The notes under the pieces are model-generated. The model had not been told where the DNA came from, did not search any database, and saw nothing but the letters and a program-made list of their open reading frames with translations. From positions 32,001-96,000 of the IMG/VR virus record IMGVR_UViG_2651870089_000025: a DNA stretch of 64,000 nucleotides; one strand, given 5' to 3'. This document shows, one piece after another, positions 20,901 through 26,662 of the stretch (within the stretch, counting starts at the first letter, position 1; each line of letters opens with the position of its first letter). Position numbers and translations under genes: made by a program. The stretch comes from a virus. Its lineage: Duplodnaviria; Caudoviricetes.

Positions 20901-21702
20901 TAACGGCCGTTTTGCACATACGCCAGAGTATCCTGAAGGTGTGTATGCATATTATGTTACAGTTGATGATGTAAATAATCCTGTTTTCCCTTATGTATTA
21001 GGAACAAAATACTATGGAAAACCAGAAACAGCAAACTACATCTTTACTCCTGATCCTGTAGCGTTAAACTTTAGGACTTATACAAAAGGGTATCCTAACG
21101 TATCAACTGATAGACAAGAAAGAGACAGTAAAGGATTTGTTCGCCCAACATATGAACAATGGCCCGAGGAGTTAATTCCAATTAGTCCTAAGGAAGGATT
21201 ACAAATTACAGTACAAACTAACGACAGTGATGACTTGTCAACAGTAACAGATTCGATTAGTTTTAGAGTATATTATGATGCAGATGGCGAAACAAAATAT
21301 TATGCATTACCAAACGCTACAAAAACAACAGTTTCTACTGCAATTGGCAAAGATGATATTGAAATAGCGGTTGCTGATGTAACAGTATTGCCTGAACCGT
21401 ATATGAATTCATTAGGCACTGGTTATACAACACCGGGTGTTGTGTTTATCGGAAACGAGCGTGTTGAATATTTCGACATTGATAGAACAAATAATAAGTT
21501 ATTACATTGCCGTAGAGGAACCGGCACTACAAGTGCACAATCGCATGCAATAAGCACCTCTGTGTTTAGTGCCGATGTAAATAATATTTTAACATATGAG
21601 ACAGAAACTACCTGGAGCCCAGATAGCATCAACGGGTTATATGCCTCTACAAGTGAGCAAGCAATATTCTTCAAAGATAGACCAGGAAATGCATTAGCAT
21701 AA
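5983..21702 (+). CDS. Giant (5239 aa) virion structural protein, probably a baseplate wedge/hub component (gp7-like position), with repeat modules and a C-terminal YHYH domain
   Basis: One uninterrupted ORF directly after the gp6-like gene. N-terminus has ENYQLEP...YSWSPPIDVDKFINYENYYW. It contains HNL repeats, GxGY-P-V modules and a YHYH-like region (GPVGVFRNGV, GQYHYY, HSPLLGYAFDGVPIYGP, LDEYNGR..TPEYPEGVYAY). Confidence 0.7.
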   Translation: MAKERVFKKLPAIHQTDVLDKFFKHTIDQWFAEEKLVRSKGFVGRKDPAIYKPEVDYYIPEVDFVRENYQLEPALITRDVNTASITNALFYDDVLRLLSVEGSNISNPNRLLKSKAYSWSPPIDVDKFINYENYYWYDDGPVRLDVTAPLSAPLDITTDIIGKATFTSSNGVKFSSGTKVRFTGSNITPSSYLNKDFIVEGVGKSIQLIDVDSDDFNSVLPYTISDDAEVYEKTDYITIKRGATNQNPWSRTNRWFHKDVLLQVTGRSTGETYTTETLHPWDDASEPYDSKKWDATIAINSEVFSLDSLRQAKRPIIEFDSELELYRYGLEGLGSVTVVSVEEYGTIQGATNPVVDMHTLQTGDTLIFLNDALLNFNLWDADSFDPGSHPSGTQSPPGPYADMPSGTSGDWDVTLGTGAVSYGIIYTASIDSVTGVCTLTATTNVVELQKVFATDGLYYSGREFYWDGNRWQLSQVKDKHNDEPLFQLYDRDGTQLDQFVDTFSGSKVFSYKEYTGTNDLYIGKPLQYKEFGQQADIVFTNNLESIDGFGGYGYLNHYALSGSASLPADRMLSVFLNGWNETNEYSKQKVKEMFVASTDGEQEFTLSVIPVVDSTGYSPEFVVTVDGKLAKQSTPTRAYDYNIVSNILTFSTNKIIKKNQIIDVRMVTDNIVNLNEKHFYEIPDNLEANPDNLDVTEITPSELQGHFASIIENQVTFAGNQIGTNNYRDTAQDRSKGRRILQHESSLLPLMTLLSKHDDFDITSTIRYAQNEYETFKGKFLQRVQFFATQTDAANISNFVDLVLEDMYKYKSSLSAFKETKPFAYGINYTEETFYPEFNVTYLDLEKNLITDDDLKYRNKIVHVYVTTYTERQDGGTLKLLLRDWQYKINNRLDESTGNAITRIDFQGEYSTIVRNSHVEVRIFENIQNSFVPLTPSMAGMHSVFMPQFVVDDTYSGGDQNVLIGHDGSRTILFGDIRDDALFELEKRIYNAIPATFTREYLPDINYYDLAPGKFRFTDYGSKLGYSRYEFIQLLTPILQRWATEHGVDLYTNRAYDESLPFTWNYSKETDKDGDTLPGSWRGIYLHYYDTIRPHTHPWEMLGFGIRPYWWKTTYGTDYSSNNTALWNDLEEGIIRNGERENLTDSSYKNSPFRRKGLSAVIPVDHTGALLDPVQAGILTTGVIASMDTFGAADVLRVAGTYTGVTGTTDGFGIVGKFNITVDGSGEVTNVTVVSGGSGHSINDTITIADGHLGAGGAADFTMDVATLTPVIVSGEYSKPNTVDRGLDWEIGDFGPAEFSLLTNSVWPFIINKLLYLAEPVEYVTKGWDSLEGEYAIANKAQYIFKDTGKRKQLKDFNFYSGTNVVYGYQTWIYAYLLNQGKTYANVISNIFQTSGVALGYKVGGYVDKDFTAIADSYSTTRTTNSIFIPDENKTVILYKGQSEGLRRYSGVKITLTETGYSVSGYDQYNSSFRIIPSIKDHDATIIQVGNLRVSKYNNSYNVVAEIPYNAEFSNQKDVVDFLISYQRYLESVGFVFDDYDPDVLDTYNFEYAAKEFLYWAQLSTWEIGTYITLSPVARSIKLDTEKLGQIDSLSEIINSTYSVVDKDGSALYSRDITIDRQNDYITVKALDSTKGIFGLKLNPYRTEHAILFDNKTDFNDLIYDPLLRLRQDRLKLNLSKTVNWNGHYEAPGYIIQNDTIIPNFETTANDYRKFFNAYDTPLTNSLLDSSRHLFGYQHREYLDNITEDENISFQFFKGMLRQKGNVDSINKLLRSRTLSNSNMSIYEEWAFKIGEFGSTATSTQNEIQIKASDVRVQNPLIEFTFENDNIDSLYDDLIQVNYTNDLRWIEKPELPKPGVWPKLPIGYRDSSWLPTAGYVHNNDVDTRAFDVNILASLNTSLEADVEPTIGNLAHIAKTYNDEFAIFKLVETDLTVKNIELLGTGKTRVSVIGEVVPQIVGNTKDITPKVGDTIRITLDDIDDVVELDDIESYEIELSSFDFEDEYPVMNVTVTNAGLVKQNDSIFITTAASYENTVEVVFDQIPEGPVTIIGQVYNPTITLTGEIQIDNVTLTVTKGDTLFHSAPTAPYTGGIIGNITQNVPNVSAYSNNGYLQITTTNKSISIDSQVNLFDSDVGIVSDTYYNELTLDEIYNGFIEAKVPDLFITKDETRKELQLTGQYANKIQVKKGVGGAFSALFFTDTSNNEVSKIDNRIVTMENVLKDINAIVANEDFLATTDINGNLKLEYNGSKLSVSGEGLSTLGLIAQTSTLQVDSVISHPFYKDSVIVLSNVLTEDKKSTGLAGGYVVEEEVLYINKEVNITAGVVTIKDLDTDEIETLVNVNKIPLYDIVGADRDYIKEIEIDIQFPMLPNRILVGDTDNLSRISTGMSGEVQTVLFGKIGPYTGLVGNNGNVVVSTEGGSTFTTGKFTVSITVEKRGVFVIDEFFNGEGNNTSSNKIKLWHPRRFKTKEDAFSDTKTNKSFYSLQDLVWVDNEPNGWLVSKLIDTDTHYGLSGVSLAQGGRGYTPADIGKHFTFETLIEGTKVQPVCKIDDILYGVGSITVTAGGLGYTSPPAVAFSGGDEQEPAFARAYLDSVLSSITITDPGAGYQYLPGVELYESPLYEGKIWYVEHNLNQKYVNLELFDDNHIAVGPEYVSPVITYVDENNLTVDWNGVITRGYIDVIRSEYVSPLNASSRFWSIAHNLGQQLVNVDIIYDNDIGAAGHFDHPLIEYSDTNTLTVVFPKGIEKSGYVAVTYSDNYAPGAASGPGYTHDQSSASQTWSVTHNLGKRHVNVDVALPGSSVDLTDLGNWATVSHNLNSQYVNIALVDADDNAVGTIYDQVVVTYFSTTAFRLERGSTVIDKAVVVKPRFVSTVQPTANTWTITHGLNEDIVNVEIIYTDNTSAIGKYDYPLIEYTDANTIKVLFPPGVARAGYVAVAHNNDNNIASGSGYEHTQSSASSTWTINHNLGQKYVVVDVAMLGSDIDWTGYSTQFVILHSLAQKYINVEFVGSNDNVIHNTYNEAILSHTDSNNITLTYNNSADVNKIVAVPSNYTSALQGTANIWTITHGLGVDFANVDVIYSDDTSAKSLLDQPLIEYTDSNNIRVIFPTGITKSGYVAINSAGAYQHTQASATTTWTVTHNLGSQYVNVDIAVLGASIQDSDVSASINDTLYYNISGMYDYPEIIFVDANTLTVTFATAIAGKAVISTGTVINGASGLYYNTRGLYDNPEIKYIDNNNLTLTFPGSIAGKAVVSAGAVFNTDVGSRYYNIKGNYDFPTIVHTSSNTLFAKFLMPQEGKLMVSAGKGILDDDAVVTAHMEVGDDGGCLGMTINTAGTGYQIGDTIIVTGGVGTPATGTITSATIGEVDTITISDPGSGYLTAPNVTIDPPTSGTTATATVTIDGTAGEIITVDTFSAADPLRATGTYTGVTGTTSGSGTLGTFDITVDGTGAVTSVTVVDGGNSNAVNDTITIADADLGAGGAADFTMDVATVYAGSLATITLTDGGDGYTAAPTVTIDSPPAGVTALATATVTSIGIPTAISVLNGGDYTELPNHTNVATTASPSGGRSGLTLDLLFKVKSISIETTESFQSPPDIKIAAPINPGGGGCTPRQATAVAAISGTIDRVEVLDNGQYLSTPIISFVGGGGAGAAATANLAGPVSAISVVNPGDITKLPDPATNLPTIEVDKIVGTDMKVNATFEDITSFDTWYETVRREEERVNTKLFDVASLYDIAEDIIDTKPLLLDFTKGLIPGLASTEISYRVNNDPARYNVSSNENALVNEDLLWGSKQEGVLWWDTSTVRFYDAEQGDNRYRRRYWNKMFPGSSIDVYEWVKSSVAPLSYKGNGVVRSTTEYCQVEEWNSSTNKFVTSYYFWVKDKSTVPAISSRSRSAATVASYLSDTSLSEWYAPVSNQYEIAVPIVITSSSTTQEISAEGVNPLDITKVLINGNTQAYENGIVDSDGLIKTIILSITPNVNDFMEVFYKKPGGAIIINGIDRFITPESSHLQLKYKIKETEGNVHKQWVLLRKSDPRSVIPNYFINKMIDSLVGYDKTGLAVPDTEMLHPTRRYGTLYRPRQTWFKDVNLARKNFVYLMNKTLIELPINDDKTGWDANVYNNEFITYIDWWATGYSASTAVNHTVNTTLERDRLTNLANGDVVKVLNDGANRWRVFEYNNTTNKFLKIGAEKQTVNFTTATYTDTLTVDQSNSLRNIIEAIFNNVFTTTWHVKLNEIFFGMSAYVLAEQPDVNWIFKSSYLNVSSEEEDLGQRLQYKVDLLPHLQEYISEVKPYTTKVREYRGVKSLSLDIAQSHITDFDNPPYYNPETAAVVPLQAGVNPAYDLILQTGIYKDYLENYTDNNLVRALTVTVLFDRVDRNILPAKTYITAGNAGADSRSVHYKTEYTDAERLRNAIRDLATRDSVGDLTTGSIWDHASQRIAKYSSNIGYNLEALANMSLISNQNIMDHPVIVSNSLDALETITYDQLVGNDTYYTITGGYHRDLSLKVFEAVLYYDFVRSGIDLTGQSSAFDNLVDGVNLDVSGISDAGLDMVTFIRQYNSIQSMFIRGLQDAFYDLRKVQIENGNRFDITTFENDDPLPKEWGWDSQPWDYTYTENPENFRRIKWDQGQDLPVLYAEFPNTSLVGNAFKDFSGKFADRVGWHIFNRETKSGVEFVDYRRDLIYITASGIPDHPTNWNDPLRPDLRTSSPRITHQNMSWNIPNTVFVPIATEKESVPHGPVGVFRNGVALYSSKAIASYSDQDVWHYNTMHIDSARTDTGYGPSGTSATLNRFFWSFRDEHGAGVSPSGQYHYYTNPTSIYNDNLQQHSPLLGYAFDGVPIYGPRVYASKHYIGDGTTTAFAGPVEPDYSLIDDSFIKVTIDGVVQEETTNFTFTGATDAKSEITFVSAPAADSEILFTVTITVHRVQSSYRLKTGTRTAIGSETNPGGTYDGTFYEDYEYVAGLGHLDEYNGRFAHTPEYPEGVYAYYVTVDDVNNPVFPYVLGTKYYGKPETANYIFTPDPVALNFRTYTKGYPNVSTDRQERDSKGFVRPTYEQWPEELIPISPKEGLQITVQTNDSDDLSTVTDSISFRVYYDADGETKYYALPNATKTTVSTAIGKDDIEIAVADVTVLPEPYMNSLGTGYTTPGVVFIGNERVEYFDIDRTNNKLLHCRRGTGTTSAQSHAISTSVFSADVNNILTYETETTWSPDSINGLYASTSEQAIFFKDRPGNALA

Positions 21703-21723
21703 TATACCAATATAATAAGAATA

Positions 21724-21731
21724 GATAAATA
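21724..21731 (+). promoter_or_regulatory. T4-type late promoter (GATAAATA)
   Basis: Matches the T4 late consensus TATAAATA apart from the first base, in an intergenic gap upstream of a structural gene. The same motif recurs before many genes in the window. Confidence 0.6.
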
Positions 21732-21751
21732 AGTAATAATGAGTTTTTATA

Positions 21752-22462
21752 ATGGAAAATAAAAATACACAAGACGAATTAAAAACTGAAAAACCGGATG
21801 AAACCGGCGGTGTTAGAATGGAAGGACATATTCTAATTCGTGATGTTACGGATGAAGAAAAACCAGTTGAATTAGTTAATAAAAGAAACGCAATTCATTA
21901 CGGTAATATGGCTAAACATCTTGCACAATCATTAGCAGGTAAGCCTAACTATGATATTCATTACATGGCTTTTGGTAATGGCGGTTCTAATGTTAATACA
22001 TTGGGAAAAATTACTTATAAAACTGCTAATGTTAGCGAAGCACCAGATGATTCATCCCCAACTTCTAATTTATATTCGATAAAATATTTTAAAGTTGTCG
22101 ACGACTTGGCTGCATCAAACGCGGCACCTTCAAAAAACAAACTAGAAGTGCTTTCAAGTTCAACAAGTTACACAGACATTAAAGTAACTTGTACATTAGA
22201 ATTTGGAGAGCCGTCAGGTGCACAGCAAAATTTTGATAATAGTACAGATTTTACAGATGATTTTGTGTTTGACGAACTAGGACTTTTTAGTCTGGATGTT
22301 GCAACAGGTAACGAGATTACAGGAACGGCAACAGATGCCGCAACATTACTTGACTTTAACTCAAAATGTTATATGCTAACACACGTTATTTTCCATCCTA
22401 TACAGAAATCATTAAATAGAATTATCGAGGTTGTGTATACAATCCGAATACAGATGCAATAA
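21752..22462 (+). CDS. Virion structural protein (baseplate/tail-associated)
   Basis: EGHILIRD..LVNKRNAIHYGN, MAFGNGG, FVFDELGL and MLTHVIFHPIQKSLNR motifs resemble baseplate-associated proteins of this phage type. Located between baseplate and fibre genes. Confidence 0.65.
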   Translation: MENKNTQDELKTEKPDETGGVRMEGHILIRDVTDEEKPVELVNKRNAIHYGNMAKHLAQSLAGKPNYDIHYMAFGNGGSNVNTLGKITYKTANVSEAPDDSSPTSNLYSIKYFKVVDDLAASNAAPSKNKLEVLSSSTSYTDIKVTCTLEFGEPSGAQQNFDNSTDFTDDFVFDELGLFSLDVATGNEITGTATDAATLLDFNSKCYMLTHVIFHPIQKSLNRIIEVVYTIRIQMQ

Positions 22463-22477
22463 TAAAGAGAGAGAAAT

Positions 22478-24349
22478 ATGACATATACAATTAATACATT
22501 CGACGGTAATTTTTTAACGAATGTAGCTCCAGGTACAGTGGATACAAATACTTCTCTATCATTACTAGGCAAGAACTATAGTGGATACGGTCAGATTATT
22601 GCAAGTAATTTTGTTTACTTGCTTGAAAATTTTGCAAAAACATCTCCGCCGTCAAGCCCATTAAAAGGCCAGTTATGGTACGATAAGAGCGAAGATGTAC
22701 TTAAAGTTTGTTCTATAACTGGCGATACAAATTCATTTGAAAGATTACAAGTTTACGTTGGTACATCCGAGCCGGCAACTGCCCGCGACGGTGATTTGTT
22801 TTATGATACTGACGATTTACAATTAAAAATTCGTTCTTCGGCATCTTGGAAAAACGCAAGCATCCCAGGTGCAAATGGAACAGAGTTAGGATTTGTTAAA
22901 GTAACATCAACTACTGATATTAACAGTACAAACAATGCAGGTGAGAAAACAGTTGCAGTAATGTTTATACGTGATCCTGCAACCCCAACATCTGCTCTTA
23001 CAGCAGATAACATTGTTGCTGTTTTTGCCCAAGAAACATTTTGGTTTTTGGCAACCGAACCAACAGGGCAAGGACAACAAACACTAGTTACAGCAGTATT
23101 TGGTGCTATGGATACCGATGCTAATCTTACTAATAACAGTAAAGTTACACGTGGTATGAATATTAATACTGCATATACAGATGCTACAGTTAATAACGCC
23201 TCTGATTCTAATAGACTCGGCGGACAACTACCATCGTTTTATTTAGATTATGCAAACTTTACAAACAGCGCCGGCGCACCATTTGTTGCATTAAATGCGG
23301 ATACTGTACCAACCTCTGATAATGCTTTTGTTGTAGGTTCCGGTATTGCAAGATTTGCTAATATTTTTAGTACAACATTTACTGGGGATTTAGCAGGCAA
23401 CGCTACTACGGCAACAAGCACATCACAACTTAATGGCCAAACAGCTTCTTATTATACTAATGCAAGTAATTTATCAACTGGAACTGTACCTTCTGGAAGA
23501 TTAACAGGCTCATATACAATTAATATTAATGGTAACGCTGATACTGCTACAAATGCTTCTCAAATAGGTGGTGTTTCGTTATCGGGTATTGTATTAACTA
23601 CAGGAAACCAGAATATTGCTGGCATTAAGACATTTGATAACGATGTAGTTATTACGGGCGACTTGACTATTAATGGTACAACAACAACTGTTAGCACAAC
23701 AAATTTAGAAATTGAAGATGCAATAATACAGTTAGCACGAAATAATACAACTGCCGCAGTACCTTACATTGGTTTGCAAGCAGAACGCGGCGCAACTGAT
23801 GCGTATCTAGTATGGGATGAGGCATCCGATCGATGGAGATCTACAACATCCGCCGACGGCACTACACACTCAGATGCAGACATGCAATGTGCAGTATTGC
23901 ACGGCCAAGCAACTTCGGCACAATACGCTGACTTGGCAGAAAGATATCATGCAGACGAAACATTGAGTCCCGGTACAGTTGTTCAATTGGGCGGTACTAA
24001 TGAAATAACAAAAGCAGTTGGCTATTGCTCAACAGAAGTATTTGGCGTTATTTCAACTGAACCTGCTTATAGAATGAATGCCGATGCTGGTACATCAAAC
24101 ACACACCCTTATGTTACATTAACTGGTCGCGCACCTGTAACAGTAGTTGGTAAAGTTAAGAAGGGAGATCGCTTAATTAGTAGTGAAATTTCTGGTGTTG
24201 CACAAGCACTACCTCGAGACTTTATTAAGTATTGCACAGAGAAAGGTGATCAACTAACTCTTCTTTGGGGCGTTATTGGACGCGCTTTAGAAGATAAAGA
24301 CACTGACGAAATTGGTTCTGTTGAGGCATTTATACAAGTTAACTCATAA
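22478..24349 (+). CDS. Tail fibre/spike-like protein with a C-terminal peptidase G2/intramolecular chaperone-like domain
   Basis: N-terminus SLSLLGKNYSGYGQIIASNFVYLLENFA..P..GQLWYD; Thr/Gly-rich shaft; C-terminus AQYADLAERY..PGTVV..GG..EIT...FGVISTEPAY.MN...GR.PV.V.G.VKKGDRL. Confidence 0.75.
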   Translation: MTYTINTFDGNFLTNVAPGTVDTNTSLSLLGKNYSGYGQIIASNFVYLLENFAKTSPPSSPLKGQLWYDKSEDVLKVCSITGDTNSFERLQVYVGTSEPATARDGDLFYDTDDLQLKIRSSASWKNASIPGANGTELGFVKVTSTTDINSTNNAGEKTVAVMFIRDPATPTSALTADNIVAVFAQETFWFLATEPTGQGQQTLVTAVFGAMDTDANLTNNSKVTRGMNINTAYTDATVNNASDSNRLGGQLPSFYLDYANFTNSAGAPFVALNADTVPTSDNAFVVGSGIARFANIFSTTFTGDLAGNATTATSTSQLNGQTASYYTNASNLSTGTVPSGRLTGSYTININGNADTATNASQIGGVSLSGIVLTTGNQNIAGIKTFDNDVVITGDLTINGTTTTVSTTNLEIEDAIIQLARNNTTAAVPYIGLQAERGATDAYLVWDEASDRWRSTTSADGTTHSDADMQCAVLHGQATSAQYADLAERYHADETLSPGTVVQLGGTNEITKAVGYCSTEVFGVISTEPAYRMNADAGTSNTHPYVTLTGRAPVTVVGKVKKGDRLISSEISGVAQALPRDFIKYCTEKGDQLTLLWGVIGRALEDKDTDEIGSVEAFIQVNS

Positions 24350-24372
24350 TAGAACATATAATGTCGATAATT

Positions 24373-24403
24373 AAAGCCAACACCGCGGTGTTGGCTTTTT
24401 TTT
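24373..24403 (+). terminator. Rho-independent terminator
   Basis: Perfect 26-bp palindrome AAAGCCAACACCG|CGGTGTTGGCTTT followed by a T tract, just after the fibre gene. Confidence 0.85.
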
Positions 24404-24411
24404 GATAAATA
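24404..24411 (+). promoter_or_regulatory. T4-type late promoter (GATAAATA)
   Basis: Lies immediately after the terminator and precedes a leader of about 140 nt and the 24556 gene. Confidence 0.6.
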
Positions 24412-24431
24412 TATAAAGTGACACTATATTG

Positions 24432-24540
24432 TTATTTGTACCTAGTGTGGAGCCTCAGACACTATAATAAACGTGGGTAATCGTGCCAGTCACGGGCGCG
24501 TAATCGAGTGACGGTTATCCCCACGTTAGAATGGGGGTAG
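24432..24540 (+). promoter_or_regulatory. Structured 5' leader RNA (two stem-loops, possible pseudoknot, alternative pairing next to the SD)
   Basis: TAGTGT/ACACTA hairpin; AACGTGGG/CCCACGTT outer stem; GTGCC/GGCGC and GTCAC/GTGAC pairings. It is a GC-rich island in AT-rich intergenic DNA. Confidence 0.5.
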
Positions 24541-24555
24541 ATTTAGGAGAAAAAT

Positions 24556-25464
24556 ATGACGTACTCTGCCGGTAATACGATTCTAGCTAGTGATCTCAAC
24601 TCATTTATTGCTGATGTTGAAGATATTTTTGGAGATAACAACTCTGGAAGCACAGCCGCAGGATCGTTAATTTTTGGTTACGGCGAGACTATGCTTCAAG
24701 CAGATGTCTCCGCAGGTAACACAATTACAGCTGCACAATGGAATAATCTTTATATGATGATTCACAGATGTGCAGGACACCAAGGTTCTACTGTTAACAT
24801 TTCAGGAAGTGCATCCGCAGGTCCTTTCAGTGCAGGTGGAACAATTTCAATTGATTCAAATCTAGCAACTGATATTGCTACAATTCGTACTAACAAATTA
24901 GTATTCTCAGCTGGTAACATGACAACAGGCACAGCCAACTCAAAATCAGGTACAGCTTCGTGGTCATCATCTACACAGCACAGTTTTACACAAACATTTG
25001 CTAGTTACGATGCCGCTAGATATTTCTTTAATCAAGGCGGTGGTATGCTCTTTACTGCTTCACTTTCGGGCGGTACGGGCACACAAACAACTAACTGGGC
25101 AACACTTTTAAGTACTATGGGTACTATTACTGTTGGCGTTAACACAACAACACAAAGTGGCACAGGTGGTACAACAGGCGATAGTTTTGATGACATTGTT
25201 GGTAATGCTACAACCACTCGCACAATCTTTACACAAGCAAGCTCTGGTGCGTATGCAAGTAACAACTACAAGATTCAATGTTCTTGTGATACAAATAAGA
25301 CAGTATTTACGTGGACTGTTACATTTACAGACGGCCACACAAATGCTTTTTATGACACTGTAAACGGTACACTAACAAGTACTGCACAAGAAAGACGTGC
25401 AACTGGCACATATGTCAATAGCGCGGCACCTTCTTATAGTGCAGGAACATTTACTCAATCGTAA
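24556..25464 (+). CDS. Virion structural protein (fibre/collar-like, Thr/Ser/Gly-rich)
   Basis: Strong SD (AGGAG). Repeated AGNTI(L/T)A..(L/W)N motif; TFASYDAARYFFNQGG motif. Confidence 0.65.
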   Translation: MTYSAGNTILASDLNSFIADVEDIFGDNNSGSTAAGSLIFGYGETMLQADVSAGNTITAAQWNNLYMMIHRCAGHQGSTVNISGSASAGPFSAGGTISIDSNLATDIATIRTNKLVFSAGNMTTGTANSKSGTASWSSSTQHSFTQTFASYDAARYFFNQGGGMLFTASLSGGTGTQTTNWATLLSTMGTITVGVNTTTQSGTGGTTGDSFDDIVGNATTTRTIFTQASSGAYASNNYKIQCSCDTNKTVFTWTVTFTDGHTNAFYDTVNGTLTSTAQERRATGTYVNSAAPSYSAGTFTQS

Positions 25465-25530
25465 TAGCTAGTAAATTTTAAAATTTACCTTTTGACCCTC
25501 TGTATAAGTAATTGTACAGAGGGTTTTTAT

Positions 25531-25875
25531 ATGTCTGATATAGAAAAAGCATACGAGTTTATTAATTTTAGAACAACAATAGTTAATCAGAAGCACTTGC
25601 TTTTAGCGCAAGTTGAAGAAAGGCTAACATGTTATTTGAACGGAGGCGTTTTCCGCGCCGAACCGGGGTTTATTGCGTTTATAGGTGATATAATTAACTC
25701 TGGATATGAGTCCGCACCCATACTAGATGTTAATAATAATCCAATATTAATCAAAGACTTAGCAGAATTTAAGAATACATTGCTATCTTCTTACATGGAA
25801 GTGGTGTATGATTACTGGAAAGATTGGGAAGATATTAGGGTTGAACGAGATTTAAAGAAAATAGCAGATGTCTAA
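25531..25875 (+). CDS. Hypothetical protein (possible fibre assembly/chaperone)
   Basis: Likely start MSDIEK after GAGGG and a late-like TATAAGTA. Contains the PILDVNNNPILIKDL motif. Confidence 0.5.
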   Translation: MSDIEKAYEFINFRTTIVNQKHLLLAQVEERLTCYLNGGVFRAEPGFIAFIGDIINSGYESAPILDVNNNPILIKDLAEFKNTLLSSYMEVVYDYWKDWEDIRVERDLKKIADV

Positions 25876-26662
25876 GGGTATAGTAATATTTGCTTTTAAC
25901 AACGAGCAAATAGATTATGAAAAAATTGCTCGGCTCAACGCAGCCATGATAGAGTATAACATGAATGTTCCTGTACATATTATTACAGATATAGGAGCAG
26001 TAGCACCGAGTAAACGGCACTATAAAGATTACAATCAAATTTTATCTTTTAATAATAGTTTACGATGGAATGCGTTTGAGTTGTCACCGTTTGACGAAAC
26101 ATTAGTATTAGATGCTGATTACTTAATAATGAATGATCGGTTTAACGCAGTGTGGGGAAGCAAAAACGAACTAATGCTCAACACGGATATTGTGCCATTG
26201 TTTAAAGATGAGTTTATTGAAGAGAAAAGGCTTAACGACTTTGGCATTACAATGGCGTGGGCTACAGCGATATATTTTAAGAAAACAACGTTAGTAGAAC
26301 ATTTTTTTAATATTATGAAACATGTTCACAGTAACTACGGGTATTATAGGCAAGTGTACGAATTTCATGGCGACTTATATCGCAACGACTTTGCGGCAAG
26401 TATAGCAAGGCATATGTTAAGCAGTTTCACAGAACACACAATGACAAGCATCCCGTTTTTGCCAGTTAGCAAAATGGTGGTTGCCAAGCCTGAGGATGAG
26501 ATTGTAGACTTTAAAGATGTAAATCATGTAAAAGTTAAAATAACTTTACCAAATAAACCCAATGAATGTATAGTCAATTCTATAAAGCATACTAATGTAC
26601 ATTTCTTAAACAAGAAAACAATTTTAGACAACAGCGATCGTATAGAGGAGTTGTATAAGTGA
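25868..26662 (+). CDS. Glycosyltransferase-like protein (GT-A fold, nucleotide-diphospho-sugar transferase)
   Basis: SPFDETLVLDADY DxD motif; MAWATAIYFKK; YRNDFA. Confidence 0.7.
   Translation: MSKGIVIFAFNNEQIDYEKIARLNAAMIEYNMNVPVHIITDIGAVAPSKRHYKDYNQILSFNNSLRWNAFELSPFDETLVLDADYLIMNDRFNAVWGSKNELMLNTDIVPLFKDEFIEEKRLNDFGITMAWATAIYFKKTTLVEHFFNIMKHVHSNYGYYRQVYEFHGDLYRNDFAASIARHMLSSFTEHTMTSIPFLPVSKMVVAKPEDEIVDFKDVNHVKVKITLPNKPNECIVNSIKHTNVHFLNKKTILDNSDRIEELYK

Noticed and set aside
1049-21710. Many short antisense and alternate-frame ORFs within the two large structural genes (and similar ones across the window)
   Set aside because: They are shadows of biased codon usage in Gly/Thr/Val-rich genes, with no motifs or evident expression signals.
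24470-24527. Resemblance of the leader to a twister ribozyme (TAA...GTCAC..GC...GAGTGA)
   Set aside because: The P2 and P4 stems required by the twister fold cannot be formed convincingly. Kept only as an unassigned structured RNA.
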